A stretch of DNA of 63,983 bases, the filler included, from Rhabdomonas costata (lineage: Eukaryota): NCBI GenBank assembly GCA_019059605.1. It is 27 parts of 27 records of this genome, joined end to end, with 100 filler letters (N's around TTAATTAATTAA, not from the genome) between each part and the next. Parts side by side here need not be neighbours in the genome. Positions count along the whole stretch, not along the records: positions 1 to 2,274 come from JAHMHO010004357.1; positions 2,375 to 4,650 come from JAHMHO010004358.1; positions 4,751 to 7,025 come from JAHMHO010004359.1; positions 7,126 to 9,399 come from JAHMHO010004360.1; positions 9,500 to 11,775 come from JAHMHO010004361.1; positions 11,876 to 14,149 come from JAHMHO010004362.1; 21 more parts are not named here. One strand, written 5' to 3'. The notes beneath the pieces are model-generated. The model saw nothing but the letters and a program-made list of their open reading frames with translations, did not search any database and had not been told where the DNA came from. Numbering within the stretch: the stretch's first letter is position 1; the number at the start of each line of letters is the position of its first letter. A program made the position numbers and the translations under genes. Shown here piece by piece: positions 1 to 13,158 of the stretch.

Positions 1-2274
1 GGTTTTTCGCCCGAAAGGGTTGCCCTCACCTGTATCTCGCACAATGGACTTCTTCAGAGTCGCCCTCTGCAACAAAAAGCGCGAAACACAGGATGGACCA
101 GGCAAATAAATCGAGTGCAAATAAATGTTCGTGGAATGCAAAATAAACGGACCTCCAGCGCCGCCCGCTTCTCACAGAACAGCCGCCACTCCAAAACCTC
201 GTGGTGGGTTCCAACGCCCTGCTGCTGCTGTCTGCTTGTGGAAGGTACGGCAAACGCGGTCTTGAAGGTTTGAGGGTGAGATGGGCCCTCGTTTACAACG
301 GCTGCTCTGGCACGCTTGGCGGAGTGCCGGAACAGTGGGGGTGGTGGCGCAATTTTGATGGATGGGGGCGAGAACGTTGGGAACAGTGGAGACAGAAGTG
401 AGCAGTCTTCAGGAGCGGGCGGGCAGGACGTGTTCCCACGAGGCGGGCCTGCAAAACGGGAGTTCTCAGTGGTTTCGACACAAGAATCAATAATGTGTTA
501 ACGGTAACCACCCATTCCATCTCAAACACTCACAACGGAACAAACTGGAGTTAAGAATGGCGTGCCACCTTAGGCCTGGCGGGATGTGGGCGGAAATACC
601 CCGGAGATTTAGGTCGTTTTCCCACTGGGCTGAGGGGGGAATCGATTAATCAACATATGCGGAGATGGGAGTGCGTGTGTTTTGATGGCAAACATGAACC
701 CATGTAACGGAGTACCCCCGAAATATGCAATGTACAATGACACCCAGAACTCAAGATTACGGGCGCCCGTGAGGTGGCTGGGGTGAGGGGACCTCTCCCA
801 AAATCCTATGTATACTCCATTCTGTGTGTGGGCAACGCTTTGGAAGTCGCTCTCCAAACAGAATGGAGGATTCAACGCATCCAGACAGAAAAATCTGCAC
901 AAAGCGCCCAAGGAATTTAGCCATACTTGCATGGAGGGAAACGGGCGACTTCACCATTAAGGGCGCAACCGAAGCCTTGCTGGTCACACGGGGAGAATCT
1001 TCCTCCAGGCGCTTCCCGTCAAGATCCATCGCCCCGGGACTGACAACAATATGTTCCCTCGGCAACAGTTCAGATATAACGGAGACCACTTGAGCGCCTG
1101 GGCAACGGGGAGGGCATGCAAACGACCGATGAGAATTGGACCGTTCGCGAATCCCCGATTCAATGCACCATCGGTGAGCGGGGGGGGGGGTAAAAAAATG
1201 ACGCCTGTGGTCGAGAACATCTGATGGATGGAAAGAGGAATGTGCAATTGTGGGGTGCCATGGAGGGGGCGTTCAGAGTATCAAGATGGCATGCATATAA
1301 AAGTAGTTAGACGCCGGCGTTTGCTTCTTCAGGGTAAGCTCCTGGGATGCTAAGTCATTTGCTGGAACCTATCCCTGCCAACAAGGGCGTTAACCCCACT
1401 CCCCCACCCGCAAATTCTCCGGAAATCAAGAAGGAGAGAAATACAGCAATAATAATGTAACAAAGCCAAACTTCAGACCTTGGTCTAATTCCTTGCTGGA
1501 AATTTCGACCGTCTCGTGCTCCATCTCCACCACAAGAGGCTTTTCCTTCTTCTTCGCTTGGGAGATCTCGGGGGTCGAGGTTACCAAGCTGGGGGTGGAT
1601 TTCTTTCAGGCAGCGTCTGCAGCGCAAAAAAAAAAAGCAGCGTCGCTCAAAAAGTCAAAAGAGCTAACGAATATTGCATCGGTGTAAGAGGGCACAGGTA
1701 AAATCCCGTTGTGTAGGTTTGCTTTTGAATGTTGGTATAAAAAGCGGTAGGTGTCAGGCACAAGAACATCTCCAAAACGACACCCAAATCAAATGAAATC
1801 AAACGAAGTCAGCTTCGATATAAAACTAAATAAATAACATGGAACCAGATGAAAATGGTGATCCTAGGGATCACACAAATGATCTATTTTCCCTAAACTG
1901 GTTTGGTAAATATTCCTAATAATATACAAAAAGATGTCAGTGGGCGCCTGCGACATCGTTCGAAGGGCTAAAATCCAGCGTTTTTTATTAAATCCAACTC
2001 AAACCCGACAACAAACACATGCATACCGGCTGTTCAAGGTTGGAGCGTATTGCAGGAAAAAGGTAGCCGGAAGATAGAAAATTTCGAAGTTAATGAACGG
2101 CAGTCCATGACGGTAACAGTATCAAACGGGATCACAGCTCAGCTTGTGTGTCTCAAACTGTAAAAGACCTTTGCATGAGATGGCGACAACGGAGCCGCTG
2201 GAACTGCTGGAGCCACTGGAAGTGCTGTCTCCTACAACCTCAATGTCATCGAAGAAATCTGCAGACAAACACAA

Positions 2275-2374
2275 NNNNNNNNNNNNNNNNNNNNNNNNNN
2301 NNNNNNNNNNNNNNNNNNTTAATTAATTAANNNNNNNNNNNNNNNNNNNNNNNNNNNNNNNNNNNNNNNNNNNN
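2275..2374. other. Artificial contig-joining spacer (first of 26; the last is 61614-61713)
   Basis: 44 N + TTAATTAATTAA (stops in all six frames) + 44 N, repeated identically about every 2.37 kb. Contig lengths fall roughly from 2276 to 2270 nt, consistent with a size-sorted concatenation. Confidence 0.99.
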
Positions 2375-2822
2375 TCGTTTCTTCCTGCGGATTCCAATGG
2401 GAGATATTTTTACTCTTTCTAAATCCTCTGTCCAAATGGTTTTTGGTACCACTTGTCCAACTCTCACTCTTAAGGTGGCCCACTCGATATGTGAACATGA
2501 CTCTGTTTTCAGGGAAGGGCCTTTCAGGGTGGGGGCATTCTTATCCATTTACTACTGTTTACGCCTTCCCTCCAGTCATAGTCGTTTGCGGTCAGCATGT
2601 ACGGTTCAGTGGTGCGTTCCGTGGCCGGGCGATGTCATGTGCAATTTGTGCAATTTTGTGCTCTGTCTCTTCGCAACATAAACACAGACATGCACAGGCT
2701 GTCAGATAAATTGGCCAGAACCAGGCATTCCTTTATCAATGTTGCAGATCCTAAGATGAGCAGTTAGAGCACTGATACTGCGGCCATCACTGCTGGGCAA
2801 ACATTTTTGGTCTTTCTTGCAG

Positions 2823-4273
2823 GCCTACCACAACGAGGCCTTCCTGCGCAGTCGTGCCGCCCGAGGGGTGCGGGTGCTGTGTGAGCTGGAGGAGACCACG
2901 TCGCGGCTGCGCCGCGAGAGGGTGCGTGGGGTTCTTCTCTTCTTCGGCTCCGCGCGGTCATTCCCGCTGCCTGAGCTGCAGCAGAGGCTGGCCTACGCCC
3001 GCCAGAACCTTGCCGCGGCCACCACCCCGGAGCAGCGCCGCGCCGCACAGAAAGCTGTGGATCGGCTCCAGGTCGGCTTGCCAACAGCGAAAGCACAGAA
3101 AGAGCATAAGAAAGAGAGAGAGAGATCCTCCTGGATCCAGCTTCATCGGGATCTCGATCTTCCGCCAACACCCTTCAACCTTTCGGCATTATTCACCCAA
3201 AACAGAGAGTGAGTGTAAGGATGAAAATCCCCAGCACGCACACTAGGAAGTTCCGTATTGGTAGCTATTCGCCCAGCTTGAAGCACGGTTCCCCCCCCCC
3301 CAGGCAGGCAGGCTCTTAACCCACACACATCCCCATGGCTGACGTTAGGAACCATCCCATACGTCTGTTGGTGTTTAGTTTCAAAAGGAAGATGGCGCGT
3401 TGCCCAGCCCAAGGAATTTGGCTGAGAGACCCTGTTTCAAGGAATAGCCCAATTCCCCGTTGCACTTCACCCACACACACCCACGTGCCCACTCATTTTC
3501 CTAGCGGTCCCGTGCGCTGTGTCGGTACTGCGACCTGGCCGAGCGCCTGGCACAGCGGTTGACCCTTTGGCTGATGGCGAAGCAGTATAACAGGTCACAC
3601 ACACGCATACGAAGACACACATAGCGCCTTTGGCGCGGTGTGCTGTGGCGTGACCTTGTGCTGCTTGTTCTGCACACGGGTTGGTGTTCTGGAGCGTTCA
3701 CGGTGCTGCTGTTCGTGCTGGACGACACGACGGACGACGCATGCACGTTGCACCGAAGTGGCAGGGAAGGAGGAGGTGATGCACTGTTGATTTTTTGGCG
3801 TGTCTGCACAGCAGCTGTTTGTAAAGGTTGGAGTTGCTGATCAACAGCCAGGACGGTTGCCGACGATCCCCCCCCCAAGCTCCGAGCGGATTTCTCGCTG
3901 CAGAGCAAAAACATTTGAGCCCACAGTGGTGTTCCTACCAACAAAAATCAGATGCCATTAAACATTCCTTCGCCGGTGTCCTCTTGCCGATGTTGCATTG
4001 AGGCTGCAACCACTCTGTGTCAGTCAGTCTTGTTCGATGTGTGCGAGGCTAGATGTGAGGTGTGGTGGGGGGCTCAGCTACGTGGTGTGCACGGGGGGTG
4101 GGCCTGGGCTGATGGCTGCCGCCAACAAGGGCGCGGCCAGCGTGCCTGGCGCACGCACCATGGGTATGGGTATCTCGCTTCCTTTCGAGAAGGGACTGAA
4201 CCGGTACGTCACCCCAGAGCTTGCCTTTGAGTACCATTACTTCTTCACTCGAAAATTCTGGATGGTGTACCAG
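2823..4273 (+). CDS. LOG-family (lysine-decarboxylase-like, Rossmann-fold) nucleotide-binding protein, 3 internal exons (2823-3071, 3505-3593, 4078-4273), partial
   Basis: Spliced translation AYHNEAFLRSRAARGVRVLCELEET...LLFFGSARS...RSRALCRYCDLAERLA...YVVCTGGGPGLMAAANKGA...MGISLPFEKGLNRYVTPELAFEYHYFFTRKFWMV carries the LOG motifs FGSAR, TGGGPGxMxAAN and FFxRK. All junctions are GT-AG and phase-compatible. Confidence 0.9.
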
Positions 4274-5427
4274 GTTGGCCTGCACACCCTTCCCCCACCC
4301 CACCTCCACTTCAGCTTCCTTTCAAAAAGTCCCCACGACGCACCTCGCACACCGATTCATGTATTTCTCTTCCAATGTTGCCACATACATACTCGCGCGA
4401 ATGTGGAAAGTGAAACGACTCCAAAAGGGAAAGCCCTCTCTGTTACTGCATGCGGGAAGTCGAGGCCAGGAGCCACAGTGTTGCCTTGTGTCCCCATGGT
4501 ACGCCATCAGACCAGAGTGTTTGTGATCAGTCAGCAAACACCAAGGAAGGTTCAGCCTAAAGGGCCCCAAAAAACAAAAGAATTCACTGATCCCCTCATT
4601 CCTCATTGAATCGAAAGCAGCAGAGGACGTCCACGTCGACATTCGCATCCNNNNNNNNNNNNNNNNNNNNNNNNNNNNNNNNNNNNNNNNNNNNTTAATT
4701 AATTAANNNNNNNNNNNNNNNNNNNNNNNNNNNNNNNNNNNNNNNNNNNNTGTTGGGGGTGTCAGTGGAGAGCAGGTAAGGATCCTAAACGGCCCTGTGC
4801 CCGTATTCGGTGACTATGATATTCCTCTTTTGGATTGACCAAGTGCTCAGTTGCGGCTTCCTCCATACTCCTTCGCACAGTTTCTTGCGTGGATCAATCG
4901 GGAGCGACTGTCGCGGGTTTCTGCAGCTGTTGTCCTGCTGGAGCGCTGTACGTTCCGAGTTGCCCTCCTTTGCTCGCTCTTCCATCATCGCATGATTTCG
5001 TGCATTTCTACGGCGATCTCAAGACAGGCCGGAATGGATCGACGAACGCCTTTTCCATTTATCATTTACCATAGGTCATCATTGACTCGCTATTTTGATT
5101 TTTATGCATTATACTACTTGACCGTGTTTTTCGTTTCTGGTCCCGGTGCGGTAAAGAGTTTGGCGGCGGGGAAGAAGTTTTTTTTTTGGATTGATTAGTC
5201 TTATTGGGGATGCGACTTCTGAATTAGAGGGTTTAATTGAGTTTGCAAGTTAAGGTACGAGAAGAAACCATGATCCAGCATGATGCAGGATGACTTGAAT
5301 GTGGGGCAATGCTGTTTTTATGTCTTTTATGCAGTTCCACGCCACCGCGTCACCCAGGGATTGATCAGCGCTGGGCTTGCCGAGGTTTGTCGCAAAAGGG
5401 ATGCGTTCCTGAATGCATCTTGTTTTG

Positions 5428-6618
5428 CTATTGCCCGCTATACAGATTGGTAGGATGTCGTTGCTGGTCTTTTGCGTATACGCTGGCACCCCCGGGGGCC
5501 TCACACCTAACTCCCAGCGCGGCCAGGGCTCCGACAAACCAGGCCGCGCCCCTCTTATATCCAACCCGGGGGCTTGTGATGGTGGCCACCGTGGTGGCCG
5601 CGGTGCTGGCCCCGGCCACGCTGCCGCTGGGGCTGCACAGCAGCCCGTAGAAGTCCAGCTCCGCGGCGAGCTGCTCGTGCTCGGTGAAGCCCGAGGGCAG
5701 CCGCAAGACCCCGTCACGGAGGTAGTTCAGCACGTGGCGGAACAGCGTCCCATCGCGGTCAATGAAGAATCTATTTTCGGCGAAGAGCCAAAGAACAATC
5801 ATGGAGAGGGGGGGGGGCAAGTTCAAGTTCAGGTTTGGCACCCCATAAATAACAACCAACAACAAATGGTTCGACATACGCGTTCAGCGGTCAGTGTTCC
5901 TCAATACCTTTGTGGTGGTTAAGGAAGTCAAACACTCACTGGGAAGTGCAGTTACTTGCTATTGGAGGAGCCTCTGCTATAGACGAGCCCCACCCCTGTC
6001 CATCCTTGTGTGTTCCCTTTATTTTTGATTCCAAACCCTCATCAGAGACTAGACTCGTCCTGAAGAGACGTGGAGCAAGCTACTCCACGTGTTTGATACC
6101 AACGCGATTAACGCGATCAGTTTAACCCATCAGAGCTCATTTCACCCAAAGGGGAAGAAGGCTAATTCCAGTTGTACCTCATTCCTGGGGATCGAAATCG
6201 CAGGTGCGAGGGCGGCTATCTCTTTTACAGGGTGCCCATTTTCGATCGACAGCTTTTGCGATAAATCACCCACAAACTTGCATTCGACCACTTTCACAAA
6301 AGCACACATTTCACCGTAGTCCGCATTCCTTCTATTTGCGAAAAAAAACTTATCCTGCGTGGGACACGCTGTAGTTCTGGCAATATCAAGAGACGATTAA
6401 ACGTCTCTGTGTCTCTGTGTTAAAATGGGGGCATTGGAATTGGGGGTGCATCGAAGGTCGAGAGGTATGGGAGGGCGATCGAAGTGCACCTGTCGCTGCT
6501 GTCACGCAGCACCGTGGCGGCCGGACACCATGCTGGCCAGCATGGATGTGGGCTTGGACTGCAGCGTGGCGGCCGTGGTGGTGTACAGCACCCCCCCGAC
6601 GTTCAGCTCCACAATCAT
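5428..6618 (-). CDS. BTB/POZ (KCTD/T1-type) domain protein; exon 6618-6490 and exon starting at 5770; apparent frameshift in exon 1
   Basis: MIVELNVGGVLYTTTAATLQSKPTSMLASMVSGRH / VLRDSSDR|FFIDRDGTLFRHVLNYLRDGVLRLPSGFTEHEQLAAELDFYGL is a classic KCTD T1 signature. GT-AG intron 6489-5771. The 3' end is uncertain. Confidence 0.88.
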
Positions 6619-7405
6619 ACGCGAAGTAAGGCACAGACAAAGACGTTTCCCACAAAAATCAGTGTCACGACACTACACTGAACACGGAAATACTCCCAAG
6701 AAAAAGAAAAGCTCGCTGCAGAGTGAACCCCACGTCAAAGGGAGAGGCATTCAGAGAAAAACAATCCCGTGCAACGCATTTTCTAATCTTTTCGCTCAGA
6801 GACTTGAATAGTACGGTAATTTTCCGCCATTTCGATCATCTTTGGACATGAGCTATCGTTTCAGGCATACTTACGTATGATACTACTACTTAAGGTGCTA
6901 TCGGGGGACCTGCTGGGCACCGATCTAGGAGTGCCCGAGAATAGCGCTTGAAGAGACTGAAGGGCAGTCTTCTCACCCACTCGTACGTTTAACTATCCCA
7001 TGTTTATGAATTTGAACACACCCCCNNNNNNNNNNNNNNNNNNNNNNNNNNNNNNNNNNNNNNNNNNNNTTAATTAATTAANNNNNNNNNNNNNNNNNNN
7101 NNNNNNNNNNNNNNNNNNNNNNNNNCTTCGAGAAAAGATTTGCAGGAGGGGGGTTCGCACTTGGTTGCAGTAATTTTGCCTGCGACGGGGGGATTTGTGA
7201 CATGTCTCAGGTGTGATGTACACTTGTTTTCGAATGTACGATGCGCAGGGTGCTTTGTTTAATGGGCCTGCTTTTAAAATGGCCCTTGTGTTTTCAATGT
7301 GTGTGAATTGAAGCAAGGGATGTATCTGTATCTCTTGAGCTTGCGTTCGTGACCCTTGAGCTGTGGTCTTTAGCCATGCCCCTTGTGTCTCGGGGATTGG
7401 AATAG

Positions 7406-8415
7406 GTACACGGGGCACCTCCCGGGCAATGACCAAGCCTTTGGGGTAACCTTTGGGATCCAAAAGAAGATGACCTCCGGTCTCCTCAACAGCGAGCGCA
7501 CCGTGGAGCACAGCTCTACCATGAACACCGATCTGTGGGGAAACCAAAGAATGACCAATCCCGCTGTGAAACAGGTTACTGACTCGCTCGCACATACCCA
7601 TGCAAACCTTTGCACTGAATATTGCCGCCCTAATTTGCCTGTTTCTGAGTCCCTTTTCCGTTAGTTCGAATTCCAGACAGAAATCCTTGTCTTTTATTCA
7701 AGCTTAATGTTGCGAGATGCGGATGCGTGTCTTCAGTGCACCTTAATTTCCGCAACGAATAGGACATGTGAGTAACCCTGCGCTATGCATGGGTGAAAGC
7801 CTTGTGACGTGTCAGTCGCGGGTTAGCGATGGTGTTACCAGTCGTGACCGGGGGTTGTTGAAGTTACTCCCAACCTCAGAAAACCTGATATTGGTTCATA
7901 TGAGAAGTTTCTTAGTTCACGGCGGAGGCTACCATGTCCAACAGTAGGATTGTCACTGGCTTTTGCAGCAACAGCGATAACAGTTTTGGCTGCAAATCGA
8001 TTCAACAGTGATTTACAAAAAGTGTGCAAGCTGTAGAATAAACACTGGTTTTGTTGGAATGGGCAACTGTCTGGAATCAGTTTTTATGCCCAACCAATGA
8101 GTCTACCTTCTCTCCCAGCAACTGGCAAACCTCTACCTCCGTGCCATGGACCCGGAGAAGTACGAGGACGTCGACGTCTTCGAGGGCGTTGGAAAGCTGA
8201 AGGGCACTCCGGACAGCCCCTCTGCGGGCTCGCCCACGGCCTCCACCACGCAGCTCCGTAACCCTATCCTCGCTGCCAGCCTCACAGAGCGGGTCCATGG
8301 CCCTGCGCGGCCGCAGGCCCCGGCGAAGATCGTGGGCTACGCCGGGTTCCAGCCCGGGCATGCTGCCCTTGTGGGCAGCGCGATGAACAAGGACTGCTAC
8401 CCGGACCAGGAATGA
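7406..8415 (+). CDS. FAM166/DUF2475-like axonemal microtubule inner protein, last two exons (7406-7574, 8119-8415)
   Basis: Motifs (G)YTGHLPGNDQAFGVTFG and IVGYAGFQPGHAALVGSAM resemble the GYxGxxP...FGxTF/Y repeat of FAM166-type proteins. GT-AG intron, phase 0; TGA stop at 8413-8415. Confidence 0.65.
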
Positions 8416-10491
8416 GGAAGGCATGAGAAAAAGCGGTCCAAATTTTGTTGGCTGCAGCTGCTGGCGCAGCGGCGGTAAGGCCAGAGTGTTCAAGCAGTCA
8501 TTGCTCGTGCAACACGTTTATGTTACCCTGTGTTTTGAATGTTGTGCTTGCTGCATGTGCTCCTTTCCTCCCCCCCCTCCCCCGGTGTACATGCCTACCG
8601 TTGCGGTGTTAGCGATGTGTGTGGTGTTGTGCCTGCGACGTCCGGCGTTGACACTGTCGGCACTGTGATAACTGAGCTGTTCTTGCAAGGGATTTTTTGT
8701 GCTTGTGATTCTGTCGCTGCAGACAGGTATCATTTCTCTTTGGACACCGCCATGTGTCCACGCGTTACATTCTTTCTTCCTTTTTTTTTAGTAATGCTCG
8801 GTCATAAGTACTTCGAGAAAATCGGCGAACCCACCTCTGGTAACTATTAATTGGGAAGTGACCATGTCTTTTTCTTCCTCGTGGTGACGGAAGTGTGAAG
8901 CCGCGCAATTCATCTATGCGTTCACTCTCTCATGCTTCCTCGCACGTTTGGGGGAACGTGAACGTGAACAGTAGCTTCCTGAGGGTGAATGAGGAGAATG
9001 GTGCTCTCGGTTGGTCATCGCCTCTTGAAGACGCGCCTGAAGCATATGCGTCCTGCCTTCTCCCCTTTTTTATTGACCCTGCCCGCATGCAGTGCTACTA
9101 TTGGACCTTTTTGTGTACCCCACAAAAGATGGTTTGCATCCTGTGAGGGCACAGAATACGTTAGAGCATCCTCAGCTCGCTTCTTTTAGATCGGTGAAGT
9201 CTGTGTAGAACTTGGAGGTTGCCTCTCTTTTTTTTGCAGAGGTGCGGTGGTCCCAGATGGCCACCCGGACTCTCTTTGCCGTGGGGTTTCCCCCGGACTT
9301 TCAGGAAAGGGACGTTAACCTCCAAGTTCTACACAGACTTCACCGATCTAAAAGAAGCGAGCTGAGGATGCTCTAACGTATTCTGTGCCCACACACAACN
9401 NNNNNNNNNNNNNNNNNNNNNNNNNNNNNNNNNNNNNNNNNNNTTAATTAATTAANNNNNNNNNNNNNNNNNNNNNNNNNNNNNNNNNNNNNNNNNNNNG
9501 TTGTGGGTTGGACACTCATTGGACTTGTGATGATGTAGAGAATCCCGGGACAAACTGTGTCTTTGTGCAGGACAAAGCCAAGGCGCTTCCATTTTCAGAG
9601 GATCTGAAAGAGGTGGGACAATTGTATTGGAGGAGTGGGGATGTTAAACGTTGAACGGTGTTAAACGTTTTGGACATTGTGGATCCATTGGGACAAGTTA
9701 GTTTAGGGGCGGAAGCGAGACCACGGCGCTGCCGGACGGATGGGCTGTGATGGAGTCTTGAGTAACGTATGCTTTTCAAGAATAGCCTTCGCTGCTCAAC
9801 CATGCGCATGGAATTGTTTTCTATCACCTTTCTCTTCCTCCACCTCACAGAAGCCTTTGGTGGCGAAACAGCTCAAATGAGAGCAGCTTGACACAGCCCC
9901 TTAAAAAAAATGTGCCCAGCACTCGGCGTTAAACGCTCCATGCGATAGCGGAACCCCGTTAGGTACCGTTATTCCGTTCCGGTTTTTGCCTACGCTACTC
10001 AGCCGTGAGTAACGAATGCTCTTCATGAGTAGCGGGGGGGTGGGACAAAATTCCAAGACCGACTGATGAGCCGCCTGTTTTTTTTATGTTTACATAATTT
10101 CGTCTTTTTAACGGTGTTAGACGTTTAAAGCCCCCCTCCCCTGTAAATAATACAACAGCCCCGAAGAGGTTCGGTAACTTGTTGCTCTTTGTACACAACC
10201 TGGAGAGGCGCCTTAGCGATTTTTGCGAACAGGTTGTTGTTAAGGTTGTGCTGTGGCTGACAGGAAGGCTTTCGCATGCATTTAACCTGAGATTCCTTGG
10301 TGCAGGACCCTGTCCTGGTGCGTGTCGACCTTGTCAGAATCTCCCGAATTCCTAAACCACTCTGCGCCATGCGGGCCTGTAATCCAATTCAGTGCTTTCC
10401 TTTTTCAGATGTGCAGCATGCTGCTTTCCAAGTTTGCATGCATCTTGCATCTTAGTTTCTCTCGCTTTGGCACACCACTTTCCCCCCGAGG

Positions 10492-11624
10492 ATGTCAAAG
10501 CTGACGTTCTGTGTGTGCAGCGCAATTATCGTGACCATAGTGGCCCTCTTTCTTTACCCGCTAATACAAACCAGACGACAATCTGGCGGCTCCTTTGCCG
10601 ACCCAGGCCTGCGACCGCCGCAACTACCCCCACTGCCTGAGCCCAGGTTTATACGGATGGCTCGCCCCGCGGACATTTCTACGCTGTGCGCGATGCTTCC
10701 CGGGGGCATGCCCCGAGGCACCCCAGCCAAGCTGTACGATGTCTCCCCTTTCAGCGATGAACTCGATGTTCTTCGGATTCGGTTGCAGGAGCTGAAGACG
10801 GAGGTGGACACCCATTTCCTGTTTGACTCCGGTGTGAGCCAATCTGAATCGGGGGAACCCAAACCGCTGCGGTTCAAAGATGTCCAGAGTGACTTCTCAG
10901 AGTACAGGATTCGGCGGGTGGAGTCGAACTTGTCGGAATATTCCATCGATGACTTCTGGGCCCGCTAGAGGGAACAGCGCCTGTTGGCGGTCGCCGCCGG
11001 CCTAGATGACACCGATCTCGGCGATGTGGTTTGCTTTTGCTTGCAATGATTCGGCCTTGCTTTTCTTCTCCAGCTTCTGTTTCAGCTACAGATGAGTTGC
11101 ATTTAAACGGTTAGGACAAGAGAATGGAACACAGAATTCCGTTGTGAATCACCCTGAAAATCTCCTCTTGACTCTCAGAGCATAAAAACTCTCGGCAAGT
11201 ATGGGATATTCGCAGTGTGGTCTCGGCTGGAGCAGCGCCTCTCTGTCTTGTGGCTACCGGCTCAGACCTGGTGACAGAAAACCAAAAGGCCCGGAGGGGA
11301 GTCACCACCTCAAATGATGGGCCTTCATGTGTTTAAGCGGTTTTAAAAACATCACCCTGAAACGTTTCATTCAGGTTATTTTGTCCAACGCTAATGAAAT
11401 CCCCTCGCGGCGCTTCGCCTCTGCTCTGCGGTGGTGCAAATTTTACAAGCGCGGCCTGATCAGCCTGGACATGCCGATGTACCACAATCACATGGGGTGT
11501 TTTGCGCACCCAGTCCACTTTGCGGTGGCTGTCACGGTGGACGAGTTCCTGGATTTCAACGATAATATCCGCGATGGCTGCAATGAGTTTCCTCGCTCGG
11601 TGTATCCCTCTGGGTGGCAGCTTG
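10492..11624 (+). pseudogene. Glycosyltransferase family 17 (GnT-III-like) type II membrane protein; exons 10492-11028 and 11375-11624; in-frame TAG and altered DxD
   Basis: N-terminal TM segment, then KLYDVSPFSDELDVLRIRLQEL...PKPLRF...FWAR*REQR...DVVILSNANEIPSR...SGWQL. This follows the GT17 pattern (ELDxLxIRxxEL, PKPLxF, SDxDEIP, GWH). TAG is at 10966-10968. Confidence 0.75.
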
Positions 11625-11875
11625 GTAAGAGTGATTGTTGTGCTCCCCTCTCACATTTTTTTTTATTCGGAACTAGCAGCATTACATTGTGACGCTTCTG
11701 CTTTTGATATCGGGACGGAATGCAGCACACTGCCTTGAAACGATTCATGGATTTTGCCTCGCCACCCCCAACCTCNNNNNNNNNNNNNNNNNNNNNNNNN
11801 NNNNNNNNNNNNNNNNNNNTTAATTAATTAANNNNNNNNNNNNNNNNNNNNNNNNNNNNNNNNNNNNNNNNNNNN

Positions 11876-13158
11876 GGTTTGGTGGGCCGGCAGTACATTC
11901 CCCTTCTTGCTGCAGCGCTCATTGGTGGCTTTGTGGGGCTTGGGTTGGCCCTGGCATTGGTGCTTGGGGTGCACGCCGCGCTGACGGCCGCGGGGCAGGC
12001 CTCTCCGCAGGAGTATGTCTTCGTACTGCTGCACTTGGTTGCCGCCGTGGCGGGTGCGGTGGGCAGCTACCTGGGAGCGCTGGCTGGGGCCCACGTGGCG
12101 TGGTTCCACTTTGCACGGCGGGGGGACGTGCCCGCAATGGAGGCCATGCTCCGCCGCCCAGGTGAATTTGCAAAGATGCTGCGTCCTTCAAGGAGAAAGG
12201 GGCCGTGGGGCGGATTTCGCCCGCGCTCGCCTGTGGGTGAGAGATTGGGAGAGTTTTGCCCCCCTGACTGCGCTGATGCTGGGGATCTCATTGGAATGGG
12301 GCTCAGCAGCAAGGGAGCCGTGCGTAGCGGGAGCTACCTAAGGCATCTATGAGCAAGTGCCGAGTGTGCGGGCCGAGCATTTTGTAGGGGGTTGGGGATT
12401 ATTTTTAAAATGAAGGCTTCTGCCATAGGTGTATCGGAGAAGTGAGTGAATGGATGAGGGACGTGCCTGGCTCTCGCGGTTGAGGTCTTGTCGCCCACCT
12501 CACCCCACCTCTCGCCTCTCCACCTGTTCTCAGTTCTTTTGGGTGCCAGCCCAGTTGCCAGCCCACACGCTCCCAGAGTTTTCTGCTTTGCCCAAGTCAC
12601 CGAACAGCAGAGGGACGCAGATGACAGGGCACCCCCATTCTCCTTTATCACAGGTACCTCTGCGAATCAAAGGGACTACCGGGGCAGGACCGCTCTGCAC
12701 CACGTGGCTCAGAATGGGCATCTGGATGCGGCGCGGTTCTTGCTTCGCTCCGGTTTTGCCCCTTGCCCCCCCCCCTCATCACAATAACCGCTGCTTCCCA
12801 TTTTCCAAAACCCTTTTATTCTTCCTGCGTGTTGCACCGATGCAGCATTAATCCGACGCAAGACGCGCATTTTCACTCCCGCATGATTCGCACGCCCAAT
12901 GCAGAGACCTTCTCTCCTTTCTTTTGGACATCAATTCCCTCAGTCAGCTTCTGGCCACCTTGCCACTTTCCCTTCTCTGTGCTGCCACGCCTGTGAAGCG
13001 TCAGCAGATGTGGTCAGCGGGCCAATGCTGTATGCTTGACGTCCGGTGCTCCCAAATAGGGGTGGACCGTGACCGGCGGGACCGGCAGAGCCGTACCGCG
13101 CTGGACTTGGCTCACACCGCCGGCCACCAGGAAATGGTGAAGCTGCTCTACCCTCCAG
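11876..13158 (+). CDS. Membrane protein with ankyrin repeats, partial (exons to 12161, 12654-12752, 13060-13158)
   Basis: Two hydrophobic helices, then NQRDYRGRTALHHVAQNGHLDAARFLLRS and DRRDRQSRTALDLAHTAGHQEMVKLL. Each ankyrin exon is exactly 99 nt with phase-1 GT-AG boundaries. Confidence 0.85.

Noticed and set aside
600..1260. Minus-strand ORFs in contig 1 as a retroelement or gene
   Set aside because: No recognisable motif or clean splice boundaries.
12162..12653. Euglenid-type non-conventional or end-paired intron
   Set aside because: A 12/13 complement exists (AAGGAGAAAGGGG vs CCCCATTCTCCTT), but the boundaries are GT-AG, a second complementary block is not nested, and other introns checked show no such pairing.
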